DNA of 64,000 nucleotides, taken from Candidatus Wirthbacteria bacterium (lineage in GTDB: Bacteria > Patescibacteriota > CG2-30-54-11). The stretch's first letter is position 1. Each line of letters begins with the position of its first letter. Below are positions 8,938 through 18,882 of this stretch, piece by piece. The notes under the pieces are model-generated. The model saw only the letters and a list, made by a program, of their open reading frames with translations, was not told the DNA's origin and did no database searches. The position numbers and the translations under genes were made by a program. Location: the NCBI GenBank assembly GCA_903889905.1, contig CAISZI010000048.1:5881-69880 (forward strand), written 5' to 3'.

Positions 8938-11900
8938 TCATTCCGCAAACGGACAAATTTGCCTAAATGGGCACTGTCCACAGACGAACTTTGAGGCTGT
9001 CGGTGCGAAATCACTGTGGGAAATCTTGGCACAGGCTTGTTCCAGTTTCGACGTCATCACTTCAAGCTGCGCAGGAGAACGGCTGGCTGAAGCGCGTTGG
9101 CCGCTTTCCAGGAAGTAAAGGGTAAAAGTATTGACGGGCAGATGAAACGCGTCGCGAGCAGCCAAAGCATAAATCGAGAGCTGTTCGTCTTTGACGACAC
9201 GCTTTTCCAAATCTTCGGGTGAAATTTTGCCGGTTTTGTAATCAATTAGCTCGTAAGTGCCATCCAACAGTTTATCGATACGATCAATATAACCGGTGAT
9301 GGTGAATGACCCAAGGTGAAGCTTGAAATTTTCTTCCAGTTTGGCGGCTGGCGCAAAGGTGCTGGCATTGTCCTGATAAAAACGGTGCAACACAGTTTTG
9401 CCACGCTCGTACTGAAGTTGCACTTCCTCGGAACTGTCGTAGCCATCGCGCTGCCAGTGGCGTTCAAACAGCATCATCAAGGCAGATTCGGACTGGTCGC
9501 GACCTTCGGCAAGTCCAGTATAAAAATCCTTGAGCGTGCGGTGGATCACCTGGCCAAACACCGAAGAACCGCTCGTGGGCACGGGAATGCGGTAGACGTA
9601 CTGGTATTTGTACCGCAGCGGGCATTTATCAAACGTCTCGATCTGCGAATAGCTGAAATCACGCGGCAGATACGGCTTGAGGTCAAACACACCTTCGGTC
9701 GTTGGTGGAATTGCGACGGTTTCGGTTTGCAGAGGAAATTTGAGTTCGATTTTTTCACCCAAAGCTTCGGCTATAAATTGCGATGGTTTGTTGACACGTA
9801 CGCCGCCATAGTTGTCGCCGTAGCAGAAAAAAAGACGTTTGCGGGCACGGGTTACGGCCACATAAAAAAGTCGTCGTTCTTCTTCTTTGTGTTCGTCGCC
9901 TTCGGGCAGCTTCTCCTTGATCAACGGCAGGGGCATCTCGATCGTTTCGCCCATATTACGCGTCGGGAAGCGCTGCTGCACCAGATTGACCACAAACACA
10001 TGGTCAAACTCGAGCCCCTTGGAAGCGTGCACGGTCATCAGGTTAACACCGTCCGCGCTGCTGTCGACCTCGGCGGTTGCCGGATTGTCGCCGGCCTCGA
10101 TCATCAGGTCGAGGTAGTCGACAAAGCCTGGCACAGTGCGGTTGTCGGCTTCGGTCAGATATTTCTTGATGCGCTCAAAGAATTTATTGATATTGAGGAT
10201 TTTGGTTGTGTTTTCCAAATTTTCGTCAGCAGCCAAGTCCTCCAGCAGTTTGATGGCATGCACGAAGTTGAGCAGAATCCGGCCCGGGTTTTCGTCCAGA
10301 ATTTTGGCACGTTCGGTCTCGATCATGTCGCGCAGCCAGAGGATTTGCGTCTTGCTGGTTGCGTCGGGCAAATTGACCTGGTCAAGGTTAAACAATGATT
10401 CCCACAGGCTGAAATTCTGCGCTTTAGAAAATTTCAGCAATTGTAAAACCGCTTCACTATTCACGCCAATCTGTTTGATGCAAAGTAGACGGAACAGCTG
10501 TAAACCGTCCATCGGGTCGGTCAGCACTTTGAGGTAGGCAATCAAATCCTTGATTTCATCTCGACTGAACAGGCCACGACTGCCGACAAGCTTAAAGGGA
10601 ATGCCGTGGTAACGCAGCGTTTGGATGAACGGTTCGAGGTGGCTGTTGGCGCGTGCCAAAATGACAAAATCACTCCACTTGGGTTCGCTCTCGTGCGTCA
10701 CTTGTTCGCTCTCCACATCAGGCTCGGCAAGCAATGCGTCAAAGCCCATCTGGCCGCGTTCCGATTCCACGTCCTGCTCCGAAATGCCACCCTTGAGATC
10801 CAAAATCGTGCGCGCCACGAGTTCGGTTTCTTCCTCCAGCGTGGTCATGTGGATCACGTCAGGTGAAGCCCCCATGCCTTTGTGGCCGATCAGCTTTTTG
10901 TTGATGTTGGCTTTGACCTCGAGCCGGTCTGGGTTGTTTTCCTGAATCCCACGGTAAGCGGCGTCCAGGATGTTTTGGGTGGAACGGTAGTTGTCGGTGA
11001 GCACCACCACCTTGGCCTCCGGGAAATCCTCTTGAAACTGCAAAATGTTACTCACCGCGGCGCCACGGAAACGGTAAATCGACTGGTCATCGTCACCCAC
11101 CACAAAGAGATTTTTATGCTCACCGGCGAGCAGTTTCACCAGTTCATTTTGGGCAAAATTGGTGTCCTGGAATTCGTCCACCAGCACGTATTTGAACTTG
11201 CGGCGATAACGCTCCAGGACGCTGCTACGAGATTTAAGAATGTTTAAAGCATGCAAAATCAAATCCCCGAAATCCAGCCGTGTTTCTTTGGGATTGCCAA
11301 CCAGTAATTCCTGGTATTTGAGGTAAGCCTTGGCCACTTCAAAAGTTTTGAGTGCGTCTTCGTGAGTCGCTTTGGGTTCGTCACCCAGCCGTTGCCAGAA
11401 TTCAAAGAGTGGTTTGGCCAGATCAAGTGCTGCGGTGGACTGCACGAGACCAACGGTTTTGAGTCCGTCCCACGCCAGATTGAGGTAATCCTGCGGCGAG
11501 ACGATTTCGTCTTTGGCGCGACTGAAGTGCGTCAGCAGCGCGTCGATGAATTTGACAGGATTGCCAAGTGGCCGGAAGTAGTGCAGATCAAACTGGTACA
11601 AATGGCGTTTCATCAGCAGCCACTGCTCGGCTTTGGTGAGCAGCTGATAATCGGTATTGATCCCGGCGTCAATACCACTCTCGCGCAGAAGGCGGTCGCA
11701 AAAAGCGTGAAAAGTGGAAATCTGGATTTCCTCGTACCCCAGCGGCATCATTTCATCGACGCGGTTGAGCATTTCGGCCGATGCTTTTTCGGTAAACGTG
11801 AGCGCCAGGATTTCACTGGGTTTGGCGAGCCCATCCAAAATCAGTCGTACAATCCGGTGCGTTATCACCCGCGTCTTGCCCGTACCCGCGCCCGCCACCA

Positions 11901-11976
11901 CCAGCATCGGCCCGGCCTCGTGCATGACGGCCTGACGCTGAGCTGGATTGAGGATGGAATGAAGATCCATGAGCAT
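8938..11976 (-). CDS. UvrD/PcrA-family helicase fused to a C-terminal PD-(D/E)XK (RecB/AdnB-like) nuclease
   Basis: AGAGTGKT, VDEFQD, VGDDDQSIYRFRGA, HASKGLEF, EERRLFYVAVTRA; C-terminal FSYSQ..CP, GYIDRID, IDYKTG, CGQCPFRQIC. Confidence 0.92.
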   Translation of the reverse strand: MLMDLHSILNPAQRQAVMHEAGPMLVVAGAGTGKTRVITHRIVRLILDGLAKPSEILALTFTEKASAEMLNRVDEMMPLGYEEIQISTFHAFCDRLLRESGIDAGINTDYQLLTKAEQWLLMKRHLYQFDLHYFRPLGNPVKFIDALLTHFSRAKDEIVSPQDYLNLAWDGLKTVGLVQSTAALDLAKPLFEFWQRLGDEPKATHEDALKTFEVAKAYLKYQELLVGNPKETRLDFGDLILHALNILKSRSSVLERYRRKFKYVLVDEFQDTNFAQNELVKLLAGEHKNLFVVGDDDQSIYRFRGAAVSNILQFQEDFPEAKVVVLTDNYRSTQNILDAAYRGIQENNPDRLEVKANINKKLIGHKGMGASPDVIHMTTLEEETELVARTILDLKGGISEQDVESERGQMGFDALLAEPDVESEQVTHESEPKWSDFVILARANSHLEPFIQTLRYHGIPFKLVGSRGLFSRDEIKDLIAYLKVLTDPMDGLQLFRLLCIKQIGVNSEAVLQLLKFSKAQNFSLWESLFNLDQVNLPDATSKTQILWLRDMIETERAKILDENPGRILLNFVHAIKLLEDLAADENLENTTKILNINKFFERIKKYLTEADNRTVPGFVDYLDLMIEAGDNPATAEVDSSADGVNLMTVHASKGLEFDHVFVVNLVQQRFPTRNMGETIEMPLPLIKEKLPEGDEHKEEERRLFYVAVTRARKRLFFCYGDNYGGVRVNKPSQFIAEALGEKIELKFPLQTETVAIPPTTEGVFDLKPYLPRDFSYSQIETFDKCPLRYKYQYVYRIPVPTSGSSVFGQVIHRTLKDFYTGLAEGRDQSESALMMLFERHWQRDGYDSSEEVQLQYERGKTVLHRFYQDNASTFAPAAKLEENFKLHLGSFTITGYIDRIDKLLDGTYELIDYKTGKISPEDLEKRVVKDEQLSIYALAARDAFHLPVNTFTLYFLESGQRASASRSPAQLEVMTSKLEQACAKISHSDFAPTASKFVCGQCPFRQICPFAE

Positions 11977-11988
11977 GCCTTAAGAAAG

Positions 11989-12086
11989 CCCCCTGCGCCC
12001 CCTTTGCAAGGGGGTATGAGGTGCACAAATTAATTCCTACCCCCTTGTAAAGGCCTTAGTCCCCTTGTGGGGGGGTGCAGGGGGAT
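11989..12086. repeat. Left inverted doublet of the CCCCCTT-GCA-AAGGGGG hairpin repeat (units A and B)
   Basis: Unit A 11989-12020 is CCCCCTGCGCCCCCTTTGCAAGGGGGTATGAG. Unit B 12036-12086 is a degenerate opposite-orientation copy, CCTACCCCCTTGTAAAGG...GGGGTGCAGGGGGATT. Confidence 0.85.
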
Positions 12087-12477
12087 TCTCTACCAATCCC
12101 CGCTGTCTCAAAACGCTTTCAACTTCCCTAATAACACCATCCAGATTCTCAAATATTTCAACATTTGTAAATCTCAAAACTATCAGACCAAACCCCTCCA
12201 GAAACCCAGAACGTTCAAGATCGTATTCTTTTCCTTCAACGGAAAAATGACGATCACCATCGATCTCGATTACCAACCCATATTTATGGCAATAAAAATC
12301 AACAATATAGTTTCCAATTGGCTTCTGACGATTGAATTTTGCTTCTTGAAACCAGGGCATTTCTTTTAATGCGTACCAGAATATCTTTTCGGCTTGAGTC
12401 ATTTGCGCCCGTAAATCTCTTGACCGGGTGTTCAACTCTTTATTATATGGCAAGTGGCGTGGGTATTGTTTCATCAT
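12037..12477 (-). CDS. DUF559 (Vsr-like PD-(D/E)XK) endonuclease-domain protein
   Basis: RDLRAQMTQAEKIFW..L, FNRQKPIGNYIVDFYC, LVIEIDGDRH, YDLERS.FLE..G..VLRFTN; AT-rich relative to its neighbours. Confidence 0.92.
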   Translation of the reverse strand: MMKQYPRHLPYNKELNTRSRDLRAQMTQAEKIFWYALKEMPWFQEAKFNRQKPIGNYIVDFYCHKYGLVIEIDGDRHFSVEGKEYDLERSGFLEGFGLIVLRFTNVEIFENLDGVIREVESVLRQRGLVENPPAPPHKGTKAFTRG

Positions 12478-12487
12478 ATCACTCCCA

Positions 12488-12566
12488 AATCCCCGTACCC
12501 CCTTTGTAAGAATAAACTATCCCTTTTCTTCTCCTACCCCCTTGCAAAGGGGGCGCAGGGGGATTC
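12488..12566. repeat. Right inverted doublet of the same repeat (units C and D)
   Basis: Unit C 12488-12510 is AATCCCCGTACCCCCTTTGTAAG. Unit D 12531-12566 is CTCCTACCCCCTTGCAAAGGGGGCGCAGGGGGATTC, an inverted copy of A with 28 consecutive identical nt. Confidence 0.85.
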
Positions 12567-12594
12567 GCATTTATCTCACGCAGCGGGATTCCCT

Positions 12595-14757
12595 TCACCT
12601 CTTCAACTCTATCCAATTCACCTCACCATGCTCCTTGGCAAACGCTTTCATTTCTGCGCGCACCGAGTGGCGGGCAGTGAAATAAATCAGCTGGCGATCC
12701 TGGCCAAGTTCATAAACCAATTTGAGGGCTTCCAGGTAGCGTTCTTCGTCAAAATTGACAAATGGATCATCCAGAATCAACGGCAATTTTTCGTTCTGGC
12801 TCATCAGGTCGGCGGCGGCAATGCGCAGCGAAAAATAGAGTTGGTCAGCAGCCCCGGCGCTGAGCTGATCCGGATGCGCGCTGACGATTTTGTCCACTGG
12901 CAAACGAATTTCGGGCCAGTGGTCGGTGAGTTGAATACGGGGGTAGCGGCCTGTCGTAATCCGTTTAAAATACTCAGACGACAGCGTCTCCAGTTTGGGC
13001 AAAAATTCCGCACGGTAGCTGGTCACAATTTGTTCCAGCGTTTCAATGGCGAGCAAAACGGCTTGATGACGAACGGTCAGTATTTTGATTTCATTGTCCA
13101 GATATTCCACCCGGCTCTGCAGTCCAGGGACATCGGCGGACATCAGTTTCATCTGGCCCAAACGTCCTTCGGCCAGGCTCAAGTTGTGTTCGGCAGCAGG
13201 CAAAGTAACGTGCAACGCTTCCAGTTCTTTGGTCCAGCGGTGGATTTCTTCGGCTGACGGCTCAAACCCTTTGAACGCTTCCAGCTGTTTGCGCAGCCCT
13301 TCACCCTCAAAGGCAATCGTTTCCAACTGTTTTTCCATCGCCTTCTGATCGGTTTCTTCCGTATACAACTTTAAGGCATGCTCTTCTTTTTCCATTTCCG
13401 CCTTCTTGCTCTGGTATTCGGCAAAAAGTGGTTCCAATCGATCTGGTTCATCCAGCAATTTGGGTTCCAAATCAACCGTACTCAGCGATTTGGTCATAAC
13501 CAATCGCTTCTGTTCAATTTCCGCTTCAATTTGCAGCAGTCGCTCACTTTTGAGTTCCTGATGCACACCCGACTGTTGTCGCCGCTGCTGCAAAATCGTG
13601 AGCGCAAGCCAACCAAACCCAGCCAAGGAAATCAGCCCAAACCATGGAAATTTCAACATGACAGCAGCCCCCACTCCCGCCATCACCATTACCGCAGAAA
13701 TCGCCAGCGTGGCGCGTTTGAGAACGACCTGTTTGTTCTGGACCAGCACCAGCGTGTGCTTGTGTTCTTCGTCCATGCGTTCCATCTCAAGCTGCTTCTT
13801 TTGTGCCAAGCCAGCAAGTTCCTGCACCCCACGTCGCAGGATGTCGATCTCGCCTGGATGTTCCGCCAGTTTCGCAAATCCGGCAAACGCTTTCGCCGCC
13901 AAATCGAAACGCGTTCTGATCTCCATCGTTTTTTTTAATTTGTTGTTCAAATTCCGATATTCTTCCTGTTTGGCGCGATAGGTGGTTTCTGACTTTTGTT
14001 TATTGTCAGCTTTTTGCGTCATTTCTTCCAGTTCCTTAAGCCGGGCTTTTTGCTTGGGCACGTCGACGCTTAAGGTTTTGAGCTGTGCGGTCAGGCGTTC
14101 ACGTTCATCCGCCTGACTTGTGGCTGTTTGCAGGTCAGTTCTCGCCTTTTGCACATCCAACTCGAGCTGATCAATGCGGCCTGGTTTTTCATTACGTTGT
14201 TTGCGCAAATTTTTGCGAAAATTATTCAGCCGCTCCAAAACACCTTCAGCCGAGACCCGATTTTCGCCGCTGAGGATGCTTTCGATCGTTTCCCCGATTT
14301 GCTTGAGCTCATCCATACCCGTCATGTCGCCCTGCTGCACCGACAGCGTTTGGTTAAAAATCGCTGCCGTGGGAATACGGATCGCCCTGGCAATCCACTT
14401 GTCGATATTTTTGGCGTCGTTGCTGATCTGGCGGGTCGTGCCATCCACCAGAATTTCCCGCAGTTCCAGCTCGCCTTTGTCGATATCGCGCACCAACGTG
14501 TAGTCACGGTTTTCCAACGTGAAATTCAGTTTCAGGCTGCATTCCCCATCACCCACCCAATGCCGTGCATCCGCTTTGCTTTTGAGCAGTTTGTCCGCTT
14601 TGCTGCCCACGCCATACAGGCAGGTCACAATCGCCTGGTGTAAACTCGTTTTGCCGGTTTCGTTCGGCCCCACCACCACGTTGAGTTTGGGTCCAAAATC
14701 GAACGTATGGCTCAGATATTTTTTAAACCCTTTGAGTTCTAAGTGCTGAAGTCGCAT
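12595..14757 (-). CDS. SbcC/Rad50-like (YhaN-type) coiled-coil ABC ATPase
   Basis: GPNETGKT Walker A, long coiled coil, LSAG signature, LILDDPFVNFD. Start placed at ATG 14757 after AAGGA. Confidence 0.85.
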   Translation of the reverse strand: MRLQHLELKGFKKYLSHTFDFGPKLNVVVGPNETGKTSLHQAIVTCLYGVGSKADKLLKSKADARHWVGDGECSLKLNFTLENRDYTLVRDIDKGELELREILVDGTTRQISNDAKNIDKWIARAIRIPTAAIFNQTLSVQQGDMTGMDELKQIGETIESILSGENRVSAEGVLERLNNFRKNLRKQRNEKPGRIDQLELDVQKARTDLQTATSQADERERLTAQLKTLSVDVPKQKARLKELEEMTQKADNKQKSETTYRAKQEEYRNLNNKLKKTMEIRTRFDLAAKAFAGFAKLAEHPGEIDILRRGVQELAGLAQKKQLEMERMDEEHKHTLVLVQNKQVVLKRATLAISAVMVMAGVGAAVMLKFPWFGLISLAGFGWLALTILQQRRQQSGVHQELKSERLLQIEAEIEQKRLVMTKSLSTVDLEPKLLDEPDRLEPLFAEYQSKKAEMEKEEHALKLYTEETDQKAMEKQLETIAFEGEGLRKQLEAFKGFEPSAEEIHRWTKELEALHVTLPAAEHNLSLAEGRLGQMKLMSADVPGLQSRVEYLDNEIKILTVRHQAVLLAIETLEQIVTSYRAEFLPKLETLSSEYFKRITTGRYPRIQLTDHWPEIRLPVDKIVSAHPDQLSAGAADQLYFSLRIAAADLMSQNEKLPLILDDPFVNFDEERYLEALKLVYELGQDRQLIYFTARHSVRAEMKAFAKEHGEVNWIELKR

Positions 14758-14770
14758 GCGTGGTTCCTTA

Positions 14771-15892
14771 TTATTTGTCGTCAAAAGCAGAAAGCCCGAG
14801 CGCCAAAGCCTGCTTGATCACAGCCTGGGTTTCAGGTGATGCACTGGTTGCCAGTTTGGCCTGCATGGCTTTGTAAAACAGCCCTTTGTAGGTATCTGAC
14901 TCAGCCAGTGTACTATCGGGGATGCCAACCGTTTTATCGCTCAAACTGAAAAAAGCAAAGGAATGCCGGTAAATCTGTTCCAGTTTGGACAAATGTTCAA
15001 AAACTTCCAAACTGGGAATTCCTGTCAGTTCAAGCTGCAACAAAACATGACTGCCCGCCAGTGCTGCCACTTGCTGATCCAGACCGGCCAGACTGAGCGC
15101 ACCGACATCCAGTGCCAACGCCTTGACCTCCAGACTGGGTATCGCAATCGGTGTGATTTCCACAATGCCATCGCTTTTGATTGTGCCCAGGATCGCCTGC
15201 CGCTGACCCAGTTCACTTTTGCTGAAATCCAGCCCTTCGATGTCGCCGGGATAATAAGCTTTTTGTTGTGGCAAATCCATCACCGCCTTATACCCGTGGT
15301 AATGTCCAAGAGCGATGTAATTAAACGGCAGTTTGGGCAAATCGTCGCTGGTAAATGGAAAATTTTTGTCATTGGTTTCACCAAAATTTTGCCACGCACC
15401 ATGAAAAAGCAGCACGCTGCGCTCCGTCTGGAGATCGGCATGAAAATCCTTGAGTAGATTGCGGTTGCTCAAGTTACGGTCAAAGCCGATGCCCACCACC
15501 GTCAAGTCCAGATCATCCAGCCGCAAAGCCTCAAAATTGTTTTCCACGTAGAGCTTCTCCAGCGGCCACGTCGCCATCTGCTCCCACAAACCGCCTTCTT
15601 CGCTCGGGTCATGGTTGCCAGGAATGATGAATGTACGAATCTTGTGGTCATTGAGCCGCTGCAGCTGCGTTTTGACAAAATTCATCAGATCCTGCGGCGG
15701 ACGGTGGCCTTCAAACAAATCCCCGGCAATCAAAAAAAGCTGCACCTTGTCCTGGATCGCCTTGTCCACCAAAAAAGCAAACGCTTCCCGCTGGCTCTGC
15801 TGCTTGCGGGCAGCCACATCAGGCGGGAAATTCTTGAACGGCGTCCCAAAATGGATATCAGCCGTGTGCATAAAACGGACTTCCTTGGACAT
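14771..15892 (-). CDS. SbcD/Mre11-like (YhaO-type) metallophosphoesterase nuclease
   Basis: HTADIH, AGDLFE, IPGNHD, YIALGHYH. Confidence 0.9.
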   Translation of the reverse strand: MSKEVRFMHTADIHFGTPFKNFPPDVAARKQQSQREAFAFLVDKAIQDKVQLFLIAGDLFEGHRPPQDLMNFVKTQLQRLNDHKIRTFIIPGNHDPSEEGGLWEQMATWPLEKLYVENNFEALRLDDLDLTVVGIGFDRNLSNRNLLKDFHADLQTERSVLLFHGAWQNFGETNDKNFPFTSDDLPKLPFNYIALGHYHGYKAVMDLPQQKAYYPGDIEGLDFSKSELGQRQAILGTIKSDGIVEITPIAIPSLEVKALALDVGALSLAGLDQQVAALAGSHVLLQLELTGIPSLEVFEHLSKLEQIYRHSFAFFSLSDKTVGIPDSTLAESDTYKGLFYKAMQAKLATSASPETQAVIKQALALGLSAFDDK

Positions 15893-16160
15893 AGCTTATC
15901 GCCTCATCATCTGTATTTAAACGTCAGCAGCATCGAGCCGAACTTTTGTCATTATAGCCGCAACTTTAGGCCAGATGAAGGGGTTTGCAAAAAAAACCTT
16001 TTTCACATACAATAATATGATGCGTCCAAAACGAAAGGTTGGGCGAGCAAATGACTATCGCCAAACTAAACTAAATTTGGTACCTTTAATCTAATCTGGT
16101 TTAACTCATTTCAATCTTATTTAAATAAAAAGTTCATCAAACCAAAAAGGAGAAAGAAAA

Positions 16161-18869
16161 ATGCCCAAGAATTGTGTGTGGTTTGCCGAAGTCAACCGCA
16201 AAGACCTTGGTCTGGTTGGCGGCAAAGGCGGCAACTTAGGCGAAATGATCCAGGCCGGATTACCGATTCCGGATGGGTTTATCGTCACCAGTGAAGCCTA
16301 CTATTCCTTCCTCGAGGAAAGCGGCATCAAAGCCCAGATGGTGGAAGCGCTCAAGGACCTGAATTCCAATGACTCCAACCGCCTCAAGGAAGTGTCCAAC
16401 ATTATCAAAAAACTCATCGCCGATTCTGCCATGCCTGCGGCAATCCAGGCTGACATTGTCACCTGTTATGCCAAGGTCTGTGGCACCGATCCCGAAACTT
16501 TCGTCGCTGTGCGCAGCTCCGCGACCGCCGAAGACCTGCCTGGCGCCAGCTTTGCCGGACAACAGGCTACTTTCCTCAACGTGCATGGTGCTGCCGGTGT
16601 CGTGGGTGCGGTGCAACGCTGCTGGGCTTCACTGTTTGAGGCTCGCGCGATTTTCTACCGTGCCGACAAAGGTTTTGACCACATGAAAGTCGGTATTGCC
16701 GTGCCCGTGCAACGCATGGTGCAGTCGGTCAAATCCGGCATCATGTTCACCGTTGACCCGATCACCAATGATCGCACCAAACTTGTCATTGAAGCCGGTT
16801 TTGGACTCGGTGAAGCGGTGGTGAGCGGTTCCATTACCCCTGACCGTTACATTATCGACAAAGCGACCCTTACCATTGTTGACAAAGAAATCAACGAACA
16901 GGATTTCAAGATCATCCGCCGTCCCGGAATTATCCAAGCAGCGCCTCAACCCGTTGCCGCTCCAGTTGCCCCTGTGTTTGTTGCTCCACCCGCGCCTGTT
17001 GCTGCCTTTAGTGCAGCCCCGGTTACGGCGGTTTCTCCTGCTGGCACCGGCGTCGATCCTGCCAAATTTGTGATCAGCGAAGAAGAACTCAAAGCTGACC
17101 TCGAAGCAATCAAATCCAATATGTCAGCTCCATCGGCCGTACCCGCACCCAACGCCAATCAGACGCTTACTTTTTCTGGCGTCCGCAACCTGACCTTTTC
17201 CTTCAGCGGTGACGCAAACAGTCCAGCAGCGACAGCTGTTCCTACTTTTCAGCCCCTGATCAATGATTTTGGTGTCGAGGACCAGTACAACGTCAAAGTC
17301 ACATTGGGTGCTGGTGAACGTTCTGCCCAAAAACTGACTGACGAAGAAATCCTCAACCTCGCCAAAGTTGGTATTGCCATTGAAAATCATTATCAATATC
17401 CCCAGGACACCGAATGGGGCATGGAAAACGGCCAGGTCTATATTGTCCAGGCCCGCCCGATCACCACCCTCGAAGACAACGCTTCACTCAGCAAAATTCA
17501 TGCTGACGTGGCCGCCGAAGTCGCAGCCGCGCCCGGCAAGTCCCCCACCGTCATCCTCAAAGGTGGCGGAGCTTCTGTCGGTTCCGCCTCTGGCCCGGTC
17601 AAAATCATCCACAGCCCGAGCGAAATCGACCAGATCCTCAAAGGTGACATCCTGGTCACCGAAATGACCACACCGGACTATGTGCCGGCCATGAAACGCG
17701 CCGCCGCCATCATCACCGACACCGGTGGGCGTACCTGCCATGCCGCTATCGTCAGCCGCGAACTGGGTATTCCTTGCGTCGTGGGCACCAAAACTGCTAC
17801 CACTTCGCTCAAAATCGGCCAAATCGTTACCGTCAATGGTACGCATGGCCTGGTCTACGAAGGCGCCATTGTAACGGCCCAAAAAGCCGCCGAACAAGTG
17901 ATCACCGAAGTACACAACACGGTAAGCGCCCCGATTACGGCGACCAAGGTTTATGTTAATTTGGCTGAAAAAGAACTCGCTGCCAAAATCGCTGCCCGTG
18001 AAGTCGACGGTGTCGGTCTGCTCCGCGCCGAATTCATGATCGCTGACATTGGTGAACACCCCAAGAAAATGATCAAAGAAGGTCGTCAGGAAGAATTTAT
18101 CAGCAAACTGGCCGATGGCCTGCGCATGTTTGCCGAACCCTTTCATCCCCGGCCAGTCATTTATCGCGCCACTGACTTCAAGACCAATGAATATCGCAAC
18201 CTCAAAGGTGGCGAAGACTATGAAATGCACGAAGACAACCCCATGATCGGCTTCCGTGGCTGCTTCCGCTACATTTCGGACCCCGAAGTTTTCAACCTAG
18301 AATTGGAAGCCATCAAACGCGTCCGTCAGGAATTCGACAACCTGCACGTCATGATCCCCTTTGTGCGCACCATCGACGAGATGAAAGACGTGATCGCCCT
18401 CATGGAAAAAGCCGGCCTGCGCCGTACCAAGAATTTCAAGCTCTACATGATGGTGGAAGTGCCTTCCACAGTCTTCCTCATCGACAAATTCTGCGACCTG
18501 GGCATTGATGGCGTCTCGATCGGCTCCAACGACCTGACCCAGCTCATCCTCGGCGTCGACCGCGACAGCGAACTCTGTGCCAGTGAATTCGATGAACGCA
18601 ACGAAGCCGTGATGATGGCGCTCGAACGCCTGATCAAAGTCTGTAACGAAAAAGGTGTCGTCGCCTCGATCTGCGGACAGGCCCCGAGCGTCTATCCTGA
18701 AATCACCGAAAAACTCGTGGAATGGGGTATCAATTCTGTCTCCGTCTCCCCGGACATGATCGACACCACCCGCCACGTTATCGCGAGCGTCGAACGCAAG
18801 ATGATCCTCAAGAAACTGACCCTCGTCAATCGCGAGGAAGAAGAAGCGTTGAGCTACCTCCGCAAATAG
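16161..18869 (+). CDS. ppsA: Phosphoenolpyruvate synthase (with a ~120-aa insertion)
   Basis: GGKGGNLGEM, VAVRSSATAEDLPGASFAGQQ, GGRTCHAAIVSRELG, GVGLLRAEF, SIGSNDLTQ; AGGAG RBS. Confidence 0.95.
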   Translation: MPKNCVWFAEVNRKDLGLVGGKGGNLGEMIQAGLPIPDGFIVTSEAYYSFLEESGIKAQMVEALKDLNSNDSNRLKEVSNIIKKLIADSAMPAAIQADIVTCYAKVCGTDPETFVAVRSSATAEDLPGASFAGQQATFLNVHGAAGVVGAVQRCWASLFEARAIFYRADKGFDHMKVGIAVPVQRMVQSVKSGIMFTVDPITNDRTKLVIEAGFGLGEAVVSGSITPDRYIIDKATLTIVDKEINEQDFKIIRRPGIIQAAPQPVAAPVAPVFVAPPAPVAAFSAAPVTAVSPAGTGVDPAKFVISEEELKADLEAIKSNMSAPSAVPAPNANQTLTFSGVRNLTFSFSGDANSPAATAVPTFQPLINDFGVEDQYNVKVTLGAGERSAQKLTDEEILNLAKVGIAIENHYQYPQDTEWGMENGQVYIVQARPITTLEDNASLSKIHADVAAEVAAAPGKSPTVILKGGGASVGSASGPVKIIHSPSEIDQILKGDILVTEMTTPDYVPAMKRAAAIITDTGGRTCHAAIVSRELGIPCVVGTKTATTSLKIGQIVTVNGTHGLVYEGAIVTAQKAAEQVITEVHNTVSAPITATKVYVNLAEKELAAKIAAREVDGVGLLRAEFMIADIGEHPKKMIKEGRQEEFISKLADGLRMFAEPFHPRPVIYRATDFKTNEYRNLKGGEDYEMHEDNPMIGFRGCFRYISDPEVFNLELEAIKRVRQEFDNLHVMIPFVRTIDEMKDVIALMEKAGLRRTKNFKLYMMVEVPSTVFLIDKFCDLGIDGVSIGSNDLTQLILGVDRDSELCASEFDERNEAVMMALERLIKVCNEKGVVASICGQAPSVYPEITEKLVEWGINSVSVSPDMIDTTRHVIASVERKMILKKLTLVNREEEEALSYLRK

Positions 18870-18882
18870 ACCTGACCTGAAC

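Noticed and set aside
11989-12566. Classical IS element with terminal inverted repeats
   Set aside because: No DDE or HUH transposase and no clear target-site duplication; reported instead as a REP-like unit.
16925-17285. Intein in ppsA
   Set aside because: No N-terminal Cys/Ser block, no His-Asn terminus and no LAGLIDADG motif.
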